Below, piece after piece: positions 20,231-30,024 of a stretch of 64,000 bases of DNA. The stretch comes from Candidatus Latescibacterota bacterium. Its GTDB lineage: Bacteria; Latescibacterota; UBA2968; GCA-2709665. The stretch's first letter is position 1; each line of letters begins with the position of its first letter. Location of the stretch: assembly GCA_965248435.1 (NCBI GenBank), contig OZ252100.1:4192001-4256000 (forward strand). The letters run 5' to 3'. Under the pieces are notes generated by a model. The model ran no database searches. It was not told the DNA's origin and worked only from the letters and a program-made list of their open reading frames with translations. The position numbers and the translations under genes were made by a program.

Positions 20231-22452
20231 GGAGCCGATCGTGGCTGAAGATGTCGGGTCGAAGTGGATGGCTCTGCGCAGCCACCAGAAGGATCTGACC
20301 CCAGACCCACAATGTCCATTTCCTGTGGGTGTTGAATATTATCGCCCTCCGATGCCACCGACACAATTCTGGGAGGAGGACTTCGGTCGGATTCGCAGGG
20401 CGGGCATGCGAATCATCCGCACGTTCTACCCGTGGAACTGGGTGGAGACCGAGCCGGGTCGATTTGAGCTGGACGACCTGGACCTGATGCTCGATCTGGC
20501 GGCCGGGAACGATCTGAAAGTATGGGTGGACACACCCCTCGGCACGCACATGGCCTGTCCGGAATGGATGATCCGTAAACACCCGGACATGGCGGCCGTG
20601 CGGCGCGATGGCAGCGTGCAGCACCCGGTCGCAGGGGAGTGGGCGGCTCAAGGTGCGATGATCCACAACTTCGATCATCCGATGTGGCGGGTCTATGTCG
20701 AGCGTTACTTGCGTGCGCTCGTACCCAGGTACAAAGATCACCCAGGGATGGGGATATGGGGAACGTGGGACGGCATCGGCTTCGCAGCCGGGTGGTCCGG
20801 GGGTGAAGGATCCCCCCTTACAACGACTACACGATCGAGAGGTACAAAGCTTGGCTTCAGGAGCGGTATACGCTGGATGAACTGAACGAATACCTGATGC
20901 GACGGTATCGCACCTGGGATGACGTCGACCCTCCGCGCTCCAACGACGCGATTGTGGAGATGATTCTCTACCGGCGATTTCACTATGAAAACGCGGCCGA
21001 CCACCTGGGGTGGATGGCGGACCTGATCGACCGGCTGGACGGCGAGCACGAGCAACGATCCCACGGCGGATCTTTTCCACGGGTGCACGACGAGCTGGTA
21101 AGTCCGTTCATCGACAGCTGGGGCCTTTCGCACCACTCAGCGGATCGGCTGACGAGCGACGATCCTTGCAGTGTAGCATCAGAGTGTTTCGGTTTTCAAT
21201 GGTGCCGGATGGTGGGGCGTAACGGTCGGTGGTGGAACGAAGAGATCTACGGGAGCTTCGTGGGTGGGCTTGCCCCGCGCGAGAAGAGGACCATACCCGA
21301 AGAATCGGCGGTCTTTCTGTGGTTGACTCTGATCGAGGGGGCCGCCGGCGCGATGTACTGGCAGTATCGACCGGAGTACATGACGTTTGAGTCTCCGGGG
21401 CTGAGTCTCGCCGCGCTTGACGGCGGGCCGACGGCGCGCTGGCCAGCGATTGAAGAAGCGATCCGTGGAATCGACGCGATCGCTGATCACCTTCCACTGA
21501 CGATCCCGCGGGCAGAGATAGCAATCGGGTATAGCGCCCTGAGCCACGAGGTATTTGACTACGGCGGCCAGAACGTGCTGTTTCTTCAGCAGCTTCGGGG
21601 GATGTATCGCACACTGTGGAAGTCCAGCATCCCTCAGGACATCGTGACGCCAGGCATGGACTGGTCGGCATACGATCTGGTCTACCTTCCCAACTTCGCG
21701 GTGCTCGATGACGTTGCGATCGCCCGGCTCCGCGGTGTGATCGAGCAACCGGGCGGGCCCAGGATCATCGCTGATGGGCACTTCGGAACGTTTGCGAGCA
21801 GGGGGCGCTGGAGCTTCCGTCCGCCGGAAGGGCTGCACGATCTCATCGACACGCGCCTGGTCGACTTTTGCACGATCTCATCGACACGCGCCTGGTCGAC
21901 TTTGACATGGTCAACGAGCGGGATGTCCGCAGCGGCGACAACGTGCTGAAAACCGAATTTGGCGAATATCCGATTACCGCCCCGTGTCAGTACGCGATCC
22001 TCCAGCCGGGCAGCGGCATGCGGACAATCGCGACGCTGGGGGAGAATGTCGTGGGGGTCCAGTCGGACGACGGCAGATTTACGTGGTTCGGGCTGTCCCT
22101 GTCGGCCACTGACCGGACGAACGTTTCGGGGCAGCCCAGGCCGACGGCTCAGGCCGGAGTGGTTCATCCACAGGTGGCGATGTCCTTGATCCGCGCTGCA
22201 GGGTTCGAGCCGTGGTTTGGAATTGAGGGCGATAGCGTAGTTGCGTTTCGACGCGGATCCAAACTGGGGGGCTCACTCATCTTTCTGCTCAATCTCGAGC
22301 GGCGCACATCACGGAGCAGCGTCAAACCGCTTTGGGAGATTCAGTCGGCGAGGGATCTGCTGACTGGGTCCGAAATGAGATTGAATGATGGCGTATTCGA
22401 ACTGGAGATGGAATTCGGCGAGGTGCGCGTTATTCATTGCACAGAGGGGTAG
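20223..22452 (+). pseudogene. GH42-like beta-galactosidase, split by two frameshifts
   Basis: GVEYYRPP, WNWVETEPGRF, PEWMIRKHPD, YWQYRPE and a trimerisation-type domain. One base is missing in the C-run at 20812-20817, and there is a 35-bp tandem duplication at 21834-21903. Confidence 0.78.
21834..21903 (+). repeat. Exact 35-bp tandem duplication
   Basis: TGCACGATCTCATCGACACGCGCCTGGTCGACTTT x2. Confidence 0.95.
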
Positions 22453-22515
22453 GACGAGTGGCTTGTTCGAGATGGCGCGCTCGCTGCGAGGACTTAACAG
22501 AGAAGGAGGTCAGAC

Positions 22516-23145
22516 ATGGCTGAACCCAGCATAAACTATCCGGCAAGTTTGGATGTAGACTATCCAGACAGAAAGATGAACAGACTGACGACTTTTTTCA
22601 GGATTCTCACGATCATTCCTATTCTTATCGTCTGGGCCATGATTGAACCCGGAACGGTCGCGAATCGCGGCAGCGAAATGCCTCATTACTCCGGGGCTGC
22701 GATCGTCCTCCTGCCGGCCTTGCTCATGATTCTCTTTCGGAAGAAATATCCGAGATGGTGGTTCGACTGGAATGTAGGGCTGACGCAGTTCAGCTTCCGT
22801 ATTGCTGCGTATGCGACGTTGTTACGAGATGAATACCCTTCGACGGACGAGGAGCAGGCCGTTCACATCGAAATCCGGTATCCCGATGTCGAACAAGAGC
22901 TGAATCGCTGGCTTCCCCTGGTGAAGTGGTTTCTCGCCATCCCCCACTACATCGTCCTTGTTTTTCTAGGAACCGCCGCCCTCGTCTGTGTGATCATCGC
23001 GTGGTTCGCCATCTTGTTTACGGGGACCTACCCGAGGGGCCTGTTCAATTTCGTTGTCGGCGTACATCGGTGGTCTCTGAGGGTATCTGCTTACGCCTTT
23101 CTTCTGTCCACGGACAGCTACCCTCCCTTCGCGCTCGAACGGTGA
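22516..23145 (+). CDS. DUF4389 membrane protein
   Basis: Two internal repeats NRLTTFFR...DEYP and NRWLPLVKWFLAIPH...DSYPPF; AGGAGG RBS. Confidence 0.85.
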   Translation: MAEPSINYPASLDVDYPDRKMNRLTTFFRILTIIPILIVWAMIEPGTVANRGSEMPHYSGAAIVLLPALLMILFRKKYPRWWFDWNVGLTQFSFRIAAYATLLRDEYPSTDEEQAVHIEIRYPDVEQELNRWLPLVKWFLAIPHYIVLVFLGTAALVCVIIAWFAILFTGTYPRGLFNFVVGVHRWSLRVSAYAFLLSTDSYPPFALER

Positions 23146-23154
23146 GACTGCCTA

Positions 23155-23856
23155 TTAGGCTTTGGCTGCTTTCTCAAAACGCGCGGCAAGGTCTGGTCCA
23201 ATGCCCTCGTCTTCGTGCTTGAAGAAGACAAACGCCCGCTCCCAGCTTTGGTCCTCTATCCTCTTGGCCCACCCTGCCAAATCCTTGTCCGAGTATCCGC
23301 TCCCCCTCAATCTCAAGTATCCCCAGGAAGCCGTGGGAACAAATTGGACCTCCTCAGTGTCGTCGTCGTGTACGATGCATAGAGGGAGATCCTTGCTCTT
23401 CAGGCATTCAAACACCTCTTCATCGAACCAGGAGGAATGGCGAAACTCAACTGCCGCCTTCGTCCCTTTGGGGAGCAAGTCAACGAAAGCCTGAAGCCGC
23501 TCGATGTCTTTCCTCAGAAACGGAGGCAGCTGGAAGAGGATCGCACCGAGCTTCTCCTGGAGATAGGCTGCGATGCTGAGAAAGTATTCTGTCTCCTCAC
23601 CGACCTCCTTGAGCCTCTTCAAGTGTGTAATTCTCCTCGTTGCCTTCAAGACGAAGCGAAAGTCTTCCCCCACCTTCTCCGCCCACGTCTCGACGACGCT
23701 TGGCTTCGGGACCCGATAAAAGGAGTTGTTGATCTCTACTGTCTTGAAGCGCTCGGCGTAGAAGTCCAACATCTCCTTGTTCGGAAGGTCCTCCGGGTAG
23801 AAGGGTCCCTTCCATTCCTTGTAATTGTATCCGCTGGTTCCAGCGTAGAGGTCCAT
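23155..23856 (-). CDS. DUF72 family protein
   Basis: GTSGYNYKEWKGPFYP, VEINNSFY, LFQLPP, AVEFRHSSW, YLRLRG. Confidence 0.92.
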   Translation of the reverse strand: MDLYAGTSGYNYKEWKGPFYPEDLPNKEMLDFYAERFKTVEINNSFYRVPKPSVVETWAEKVGEDFRFVLKATRRITHLKRLKEVGEETEYFLSIAAYLQEKLGAILFQLPPFLRKDIERLQAFVDLLPKGTKAAVEFRHSSWFDEEVFECLKSKDLPLCIVHDDDTEEVQFVPTASWGYLRLRGSGYSDKDLAGWAKRIEDQSWERAFVFFKHEDEGIGPDLAARFEKAAKA

Positions 23857-23995
23857 TCGCGTGTCTCCCCGAAGAGTAGTTCCAGATTCGCAGTGAATTT
23901 GCACACGTTCAAAGGAATCAATATAGGGCACAATACCTAGTGCCGCAATTTCCCCGCGTGCTTGACACGGGCGGGTCATTTCATTATGCATGGGC

Positions 23996-24395
23996 CAACG
24001 GCCGACGCGAAGGGTTTCGACTGGACAGTTTCGACGGCCGGCACGAAATCCTGGCTCATACGAACATTCGGTCGCCTTACCGTCTAGGCAAGTATGGCGT
24101 GGACGTGGAAGCACTCGAGCGGATCGTGGACGCAGCGCTTCGACCAGACGAGTCTATCGAGCTCTTCTTCGTGGACGAAATCGGTCCGATGGAGTGTCTC
24201 TCCGAGAATTTCAATTCTGCGATGACCGAGCTTCTGGATTCAAGCGCTCGGATCGTGGGGACGATTCATCGAACGTCGAAGGGGTTTATCGGGCAGGTAA
24301 AGGATCGCGGGGATGTCGAGCTTTGGGAGGTGACCCCGGAGAATCGGGATAACCTTCCGGAGCAAGTCCTGAACTGGATCGAAGGAAGGGTATGA
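23996..24395 (+). pseudogene. NTPase_1 (THEP1-like) fragment lacking the N-terminal P-loop
   Basis: GRREGF, RLGKYGVDV, VDEIGPME, VTPENRD are present; no GxxGxGKT upstream. Confidence 0.7.
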
Positions 24396-24416
24396 GTCCA
24401 TGTCCTGGAGGGCATC

Positions 24417-25232
24417 ATGCGGGTTTTGATCATGTGCGATATGGAAGGGGTGAGCGGTATCGTGGTGTGGGAGCAAGTTGTCGGTGGGGATGCGATGTTC
24501 GAGGAGGGCCGCAAGCTATATACGGAGGAGATCAATGCAGCGGTTCGCGGCGCAAAGGCGGCCGGCGCCACGGAAATCGTGGTTGTGGATTGCCACGGAG
24601 CAGGTAAAGGATGGAAGTTCAATTCTCTGATTCCCGATCAACTGGATCCTGACTGTGAATGGGTGGCGCACCACCAGTGGGGTCGGTATACCGGGATGTG
24701 GGAAGAGGGGTGCGACGCTTGTCTGCTGATCGGTATGCACGCACGCAACAACACACCCGATGGTGTGCTTTGTCACACGATCTCAACGACGCTATACAGG
24801 AATCTTTGGTTCAACGATGACCTGGTGGGTGAGACGGGTGTGAACGCCGCCCTGAATGGGCACTTCGATGTCCCCGTTGTGCTTGTGACTGGAGATGATG
24901 CCGTCTGCCGGGAAGCAAAGGAAATCCTTGGTGAGAATCTTCCCACAGTGGTGATAAAGAAGGGTCTGGGAAAGTTCAGCGCGCGCCAGATTCCTCCAAC
25001 GCGCGCTCGGCAGATGATAGAGAACGGAGCAAAGGATGCGCTCAAGGACCTCAACGTGACCCAGCCCTACAAACCGGATAAGCCCACAACGATCAAAGTC
25101 GAAGTGCATAGTCCCGAGCGGCTTGCCGAGTTCAAGGGCAGGTCAGGTGTCGAAATCGCCGGCCCGATGATCGCCGAAAGCAAGGGAGAGGACTGGTGGA
25201 CGGCGTGGAACCAGTTCTGGCCGTTTCCGTGA
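24417..25232 (+). CDS. M55 family D-aminopeptidase (DppA-like)
   Basis: DMEGVSG, VVDCHG, IGMHAR, LCHT, LVTGDD. Confidence 0.9.
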   Translation: MRVLIMCDMEGVSGIVVWEQVVGGDAMFEEGRKLYTEEINAAVRGAKAAGATEIVVVDCHGAGKGWKFNSLIPDQLDPDCEWVAHHQWGRYTGMWEEGCDACLLIGMHARNNTPDGVLCHTISTTLYRNLWFNDDLVGETGVNAALNGHFDVPVVLVTGDDAVCREAKEILGENLPTVVIKKGLGKFSARQIPPTRARQMIENGAKDALKDLNVTQPYKPDKPTTIKVEVHSPERLAEFKGRSGVEIAGPMIAESKGEDWWTAWNQFWPFP

Positions 25233-25762
25233 TGGAAGCAGCCCAGCGACTTCCAATTGTTGGCGTTATGGGCTCTGGAAGTGAGTCGCACGAGGAGCGT
25301 GCGAACTCACTCGGGGAGTGGCTCGCAACGGAGGATGTTCATCTGCTGACCGGAGGGGGTGGTGGCGTGATGGAGGCGGTGAGTCGTGCATTTTTCAACG
25401 TCCCTGACCGTAGGGGGCTCGTCCTCGGGGTGATCCGAGGTGACACCGAAGGTTCGATGCGAAACCCGAATCCGTGGGTCGAGATTCCGATCCAGACGCA
25501 TCTGCCGCTGAGCGGGAAACAGGGTACCGACCCGATGTCCCGCAATCACATCAATGTTTTGAGTTCCACAGTTGTGGTCGCGCTTCCAGGTTCGTTCGGT
25601 ACAGCAAGTGAGGTCGCCCTTGCGCTGCGTTACGGGCGCCCTTTTGTCGCCTACCTTGACAGCAGAGATCAGATTCCTGACCTCCCGGAGGACGTTCTGG
25701 TAGAGACAGATTTGGAACGTGTTAAGGAATTCGTCACATCCCAGATTCAAGACAGACATTAG
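25232..25762 (+). CDS. SLOG/LOG-like protein (Mo-cofactor carrier-like)
   Basis: IVGVMGSG, LTGGGGGVMEAVSR, SRNHINVLSS, LPGSFGTASEV. Confidence 0.82.
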   Translation: MEAAQRLPIVGVMGSGSESHEERANSLGEWLATEDVHLLTGGGGGVMEAVSRAFFNVPDRRGLVLGVIRGDTEGSMRNPNPWVEIPIQTHLPLSGKQGTDPMSRNHINVLSSTVVVALPGSFGTASEVALALRYGRPFVAYLDSRDQIPDLPEDVLVETDLERVKEFVTSQIQDRH

Positions 25763-25860
25763 GAAGAGTAGCGAATCAACTGGGGCCTGGAAGCTCGTGA
25801 GTCTCCAAAGACCAATCTACGGGGTATGAGTCCTGAGCAGATTGCTGCACGGCGTTTCAG

Positions 25861-25965
25861 ACGCAGTCTCTGGCCTCCATCGAAGGTGTTATCGGCGTCC
25901 TGTATGTCGCCGTGTTGATCGCGCGGCTGATCGGCGTTTACAGTCAGTCGGATCGACGTACCTGA
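25861..25965 (+). pseudogene. C-terminal remnant of a two-TM ion channel-like protein
   Basis: Frame not in the ORF track: SLASIEGVIGVLYVAVLIARLIGVYSQSDRRT*. It resembles the last helix of Ion_trans_2 proteins and has no start. Confidence 0.5.
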
Positions 25966-25982
25966 CGCCTTGGAGCGGTGAC

Positions 25983-26618
25983 GTGGGGATTTATTCGCGT
26001 GTTGTTTTCCCGTTCGCGTGCGATCGGTTGATGTCGAGGATCGCGCTGGAGGAGGCTCGTGCCGAACTCTTGTCGGGAACAACGGGAGAAGTGCTGGAGA
26101 TCGGATTCGGCACCGGGCTGAACCTTCCCCACTATCCTTCAGGCGTACAGCGTATTACGGCAGTGGACATTAATCCCGGTATGGCTCGAGTTGCCACGAA
26201 ACGAATCAAAGATCAGCCCATCCCGGTGGATTTTCGGCTTATGGACGGCGAAGCGCTTCCGCTGGAAGACGATTCTTTCGACAGTGTGGTGAGTACGTGG
26301 ACGCTTTGTAGCATCCGGTATGTGGAAAAGGCGCTGGAAGAAATTCGTCGCGTGGTCAAGCAGGATGGGTGCCTCTATTTCATAGAACACGGATTGAGCG
26401 ATGATCCACGGATACAGAAATGGCAGAACCGGCTCACCCCTTTGCAGAGATTTATCGCCGAAGGTTGTCACCTGAATCGGAATATCCAGGCCCTGATCGA
26501 AGCGCAGGGCTTTGAGATTACCGAGCTGAGGAAGTACTACATGGATGAGGCGCCAAGGACTCACGGGTACACGTATCAGGGCGCGGCTAAAAAACCGGGT
26601 ACCGGGATAGGTAGATAG
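25983..26618 (+). CDS. Class I SAM-dependent methyltransferase
   Basis: VLEIGFGTGLN, FDSVVSTWTLCSI, FIEHG, GCHLNR; GGAG RBS before GTG. Confidence 0.88.
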   Translation: MGIYSRVVFPFACDRLMSRIALEEARAELLSGTTGEVLEIGFGTGLNLPHYPSGVQRITAVDINPGMARVATKRIKDQPIPVDFRLMDGEALPLEDDSFDSVVSTWTLCSIRYVEKALEEIRRVVKQDGCLYFIEHGLSDDPRIQKWQNRLTPLQRFIAEGCHLNRNIQALIEAQGFEITELRKYYMDEAPRTHGYTYQGAAKKPGTGIGR

Positions 26619-26782
26619 GTTACAGGGATCTTACGGTTTGGGGGCGACGCTGGGTCGCCCCGGGAAATCAAATCACGGGTACCGAAAAACCGTTGATCGT
26701 TGATCGTCGTTCTTGGACCGTGTAGAGACGCCGTCGAGCCGCCTAGGCGCGGATTTTGGACTCACCGAAGAGAGAACCATTT

Positions 26783-27865
26783 ATGGCCGGTAAGACTCAG
26801 TCAGCGGTGGTGACATCTACTGAGAAGATGGAGATTCAGACGTTCGATCTGCCGCACATCGGGGAGGAAGAGGGGTTGCTCGAGGTGGAGATGTGTGGGG
26901 TCTGTGGGAGCGATCCCCGAATCTACCGGTGGCCTCCGGAAAACTTCCCGGTGATTATGGGGCACGAGATCGTCGGTCATATTGCCGAGATCGGCAGCCA
27001 GGCTTCCGCGAGGTGGGGTGTTAGGCTTGGAGACCGGGTTGTGGTGGAACATCTGTTCGGATGCGGCTTCTGTCGAATGTGCCTGATCGGTGAGTATCGT
27101 TTCTGCGAAGAACACCCCGGCTACGGCGGCCCAGTCAAGTGCTCCGTACCGCCATATCTCTGGGGTGGGTATGGCAAGTACATGTATCTTGCGCCAAAAT
27201 CCCGTGTACACCGGATCTCAAAAAACCTGCCGGCCGAGGCGGCCGCCATGACCTGCGCCAACATCGGGAACGGGATTCGGTGGGTCCGGACGAAAGGCGG
27301 CGTGAGTATAGGAGATAAGGTCGTCATCATAGGTCCCGGGGGACAAGGCCTGGCCGCAGTTATCGCGGCACAAGAGGCGGGCGCAGAGCAGATCATCGTC
27401 GTCGGGCTTACACGGGACGCGCATCGATTCGAGTTGGCTGAGCTGTTCGGTGCCACGGATGTGGTCGACCTTCAGAAGGAAGACCCGGTCCAGAAGGTCA
27501 CCGATCTGACGAACGGAGCGCTGGCCGATGTGGTGGTGGATTTGAGCGGGGCCACCGCTTCGGCACCTCTATCGCTGGAGCTGGTGCGCCCGATGGGAAC
27601 GGTCGTGATCGGCTCGAACACAGGTAAGGAGGAAGTCCAGCTGGTAACGGGGAGGATTGTCAGCAAAGAGATTCGGTATCAGGGCGTGAATACACACGAT
27701 ACCCCGGCGGTTCGGTCTGCGATCAAGCTGATCGAGTCTCGCCGTTATCCGATCGAAAAGATGGTGACGCATCACTTCTCGCTCGAAGATGCGGAAAAAG
27801 CAGTACTCGCAGCAGCCGGTCAGGTACATCTGGAGGGATTTATTAAGGGGGCGATTGTTCCATAA
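26783..27865 (+). CDS. Zinc-binding (MDR) alcohol dehydrogenase
   Basis: CGVCGSD, GHE, CGFCRMC...C, GPGGQG. Confidence 0.92.
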   Translation: MAGKTQSAVVTSTEKMEIQTFDLPHIGEEEGLLEVEMCGVCGSDPRIYRWPPENFPVIMGHEIVGHIAEIGSQASARWGVRLGDRVVVEHLFGCGFCRMCLIGEYRFCEEHPGYGGPVKCSVPPYLWGGYGKYMYLAPKSRVHRISKNLPAEAAAMTCANIGNGIRWVRTKGGVSIGDKVVIIGPGGQGLAAVIAAQEAGAEQIIVVGLTRDAHRFELAELFGATDVVDLQKEDPVQKVTDLTNGALADVVVDLSGATASAPLSLELVRPMGTVVIGSNTGKEEVQLVTGRIVSKEIRYQGVNTHDTPAVRSAIKLIESRRYPIEKMVTHHFSLEDAEKAVLAAAGQVHLEGFIKGAIVP

Positions 27866-27950
27866 GTCCGCGAATCGTTGTTTCATCGTTCGTGTGCAAG
27901 GATGTAGCAGTGGTGGGATGAGGGATTTGAGCCTAACCTCGGAGATGGCC

Positions 27951-28874
27951 ATGAAATCGACGTGGGATTACACAAACGCAAAGGAATATGTTAAGCGGAT
28001 TAAAGAGGGGATGCCTCCGGTCATCATCAATGCAGCCGTGACGGGAGGGCATCAGAAAAGCGAAAACCCGAACGTACCTGTCACCGCAGAGGAGCAGGCG
28101 GATGCGGCCGCGGCCGCTTTCGCGGCAGGTGCGACCATCGTCCACATCCACGCCCGTCAGGCGGGTGATCCAACCCTTCCCTCCCACGAGGCAGATCGGT
28201 ATCGCGAGATCAACGATTTAATCCGATCGCGCGCGCCCGGGATCCTGGTGGACAATTCACAGACGGTTGCGGAGCTTACAACCGAAGGCGGCGAACTGAT
28301 CGGATCCGTCGGCTACTGGAAGTCTGCCCCCATCGAGGCAGGGCCCGACATGATGGCCCTGAATCCCGGCCCGATGACCTTCCGCGGCGGGAACGGGGCA
28401 GCGAGCAGAGTCTATGCGGGTAGTTTCGACGATACGGAGCGGACTGCGAACGTCCTGCGTGAGCGTGGCATCAAGCCTCAGGTGTTCCTTTACCATCCCG
28501 GCCACCTCGATATTTTGGACTACCTCATCCAGAACGACGCTCTGGATAAGCCCTACTTCGTGCAGCTTGTCTTCGGACAGCAGAGCGGTATCCCGACCAG
28601 CCCGGACAGCGTCCTGTATATGGTCAGAAACCTGCCGGAGGACAGCGTCTTTCAGACGTGCGCGCTTGGCCTTGAAGAGATCCATGTCAACGCCTTGTCC
28701 CTCCTGCTCGGGGGCCATGTCCGAACAGGCATGGAGGACTGTATTGATTACCAGCGTGATGAGCCGGCTCAGGGTAATGCGCAGTTCGTCGAACGCATCG
28801 TGCGTATGGCTAACGACCTGGGTCGGCGGGTCGCAACCGTAGAAGAGACTCGCCAGATGCTGGGTATTCCGTAG
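27951..28874 (+). CDS. Beta-keto acid cleavage enzyme (BKACE/DUF849)
   Basis: IINAAVTG, NPNVPVT, AGATIVHIHAR, GGHVRTGMED. Confidence 0.9.
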   Translation: MKSTWDYTNAKEYVKRIKEGMPPVIINAAVTGGHQKSENPNVPVTAEEQADAAAAAFAAGATIVHIHARQAGDPTLPSHEADRYREINDLIRSRAPGILVDNSQTVAELTTEGGELIGSVGYWKSAPIEAGPDMMALNPGPMTFRGGNGAASRVYAGSFDDTERTANVLRERGIKPQVFLYHPGHLDILDYLIQNDALDKPYFVQLVFGQQSGIPTSPDSVLYMVRNLPEDSVFQTCALGLEEIHVNALSLLLGGHVRTGMEDCIDYQRDEPAQGNAQFVERIVRMANDLGRRVATVEETRQMLGIP

Positions 28875-28930
28875 CATCCGCTATCGGTTCACTCTCAAGT
28901 TCGGCTTCGCCTGTTCACTTATCATCCAGT

Positions 28931-30007
28931 GTGTCCCAAATGGGCAAGTCTTTTTATGGGGTCATCGAAGGATTCTTCGGCCAGCAGTGGAGCTGGAAGG
29001 CCAGGGAGGGGTATGCCGACTTCCTGAAGGAAAGCGGCTATCGGTTCTATATCTATGCGCCCAAGGGGGATGCGATCCTTCGGAAGAACTGGGAGGCTGA
29101 TTGGTCTGAAGATGAAAGCAAGGAACTTCACCGGCTCCGAGCGCACTACCGGAATCGGGGGCTCGAGTGGGGTGTCGGGCTGAGCCCATTCGAAGTCTAT
29201 CTGAATTTCGACGAGGAAAAGCGCGGTTTGCTGAAGAAGAAAATCGCTTCGATCAATCAGTACGACCCGGACATCCTCTGCGTGCTCTTTGACGATATGA
29301 AGGGAGATGTCCCGAACCTGGCCGAGACCCAAGCAAGAATACTTCAAGAAATCGTGGATCACAGCAGTGCAAGGAAGTTTATCTTCTGCCCGACCTACTA
29401 TTCGTTCGATCCGATTCTGGAAAGACAGTTCGGCAGCATGCCGGAAGACTATCTGGGGGACCTGGGAAGGTTGCTGGACTCGGAAACGCACGTCTTCTGG
29501 ACGGGGCCCAAGGTGCTCTCGACAGACTACTCGGAATCCCATTTGAAGAAGGTCGCCGACCTGCTGGGCAGAAAACCGTTCATCTGGGACAATTATCCCG
29601 TGAACGATGGCGCAAGGATGTCTCGCTATCTGCACCTGCGCGCGTTCGAAAACAGGACGCCGGAAATGGCGAGGCTGACGGCCGGGCACGCCGTCAACCC
29701 GATGAATCAGGCCTGGCTTTCCCGGATCCCTCTGAAGACGCTGAAGATCAGCGTCCGAGAGGGAACTGCGTACGATCCAGGGGCTGCATTTCTAGAGGCG
29801 ACAGAGGCACTCTGTGGGCCGGAACTCGCAACCGTGTTCCGCGAAGACCTCAGAGCGTTTCAGGACGAGGGGCTGGATGGGATGGAGGAGAAACAGAAAA
29901 AATCGCTGGTTCAGAAGTATCAAAGCCTTGATTCTCCGTATGCCGAAGAGGTCGTTTCGTGGCTTAACGAAGAATATGCGTTCGATCCGGACTGCCTGAC
30001 CAATTGA
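28931..30007 (+). CDS. GH84 beta-N-acetylglucosaminidase (O-GlcNAcase/hyaluronidase-like)
   Basis: GVIEGFFG, YIYAPKGD, LFDDM (catalytic DD), FCPTYY, FWTGP, IWDNYPVND. Confidence 0.9.
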   Translation: MSQMGKSFYGVIEGFFGQQWSWKAREGYADFLKESGYRFYIYAPKGDAILRKNWEADWSEDESKELHRLRAHYRNRGLEWGVGLSPFEVYLNFDEEKRGLLKKKIASINQYDPDILCVLFDDMKGDVPNLAETQARILQEIVDHSSARKFIFCPTYYSFDPILERQFGSMPEDYLGDLGRLLDSETHVFWTGPKVLSTDYSESHLKKVADLLGRKPFIWDNYPVNDGARMSRYLHLRAFENRTPEMARLTAGHAVNPMNQAWLSRIPLKTLKISVREGTAYDPGAAFLEATEALCGPELATVFREDLRAFQDEGLDGMEEKQKKSLVQKYQSLDSPYAEEVVSWLNEEYAFDPDCLTN

Positions 30008-30024
30008 CGGGGTAAAAAACGCCT

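Noticed and set aside
26640-26665. REP-like hairpin GGGGCGAC..GTCGCCCC
   Set aside because: Single copy in the window and no associated transposase; it may simply be a terminator.
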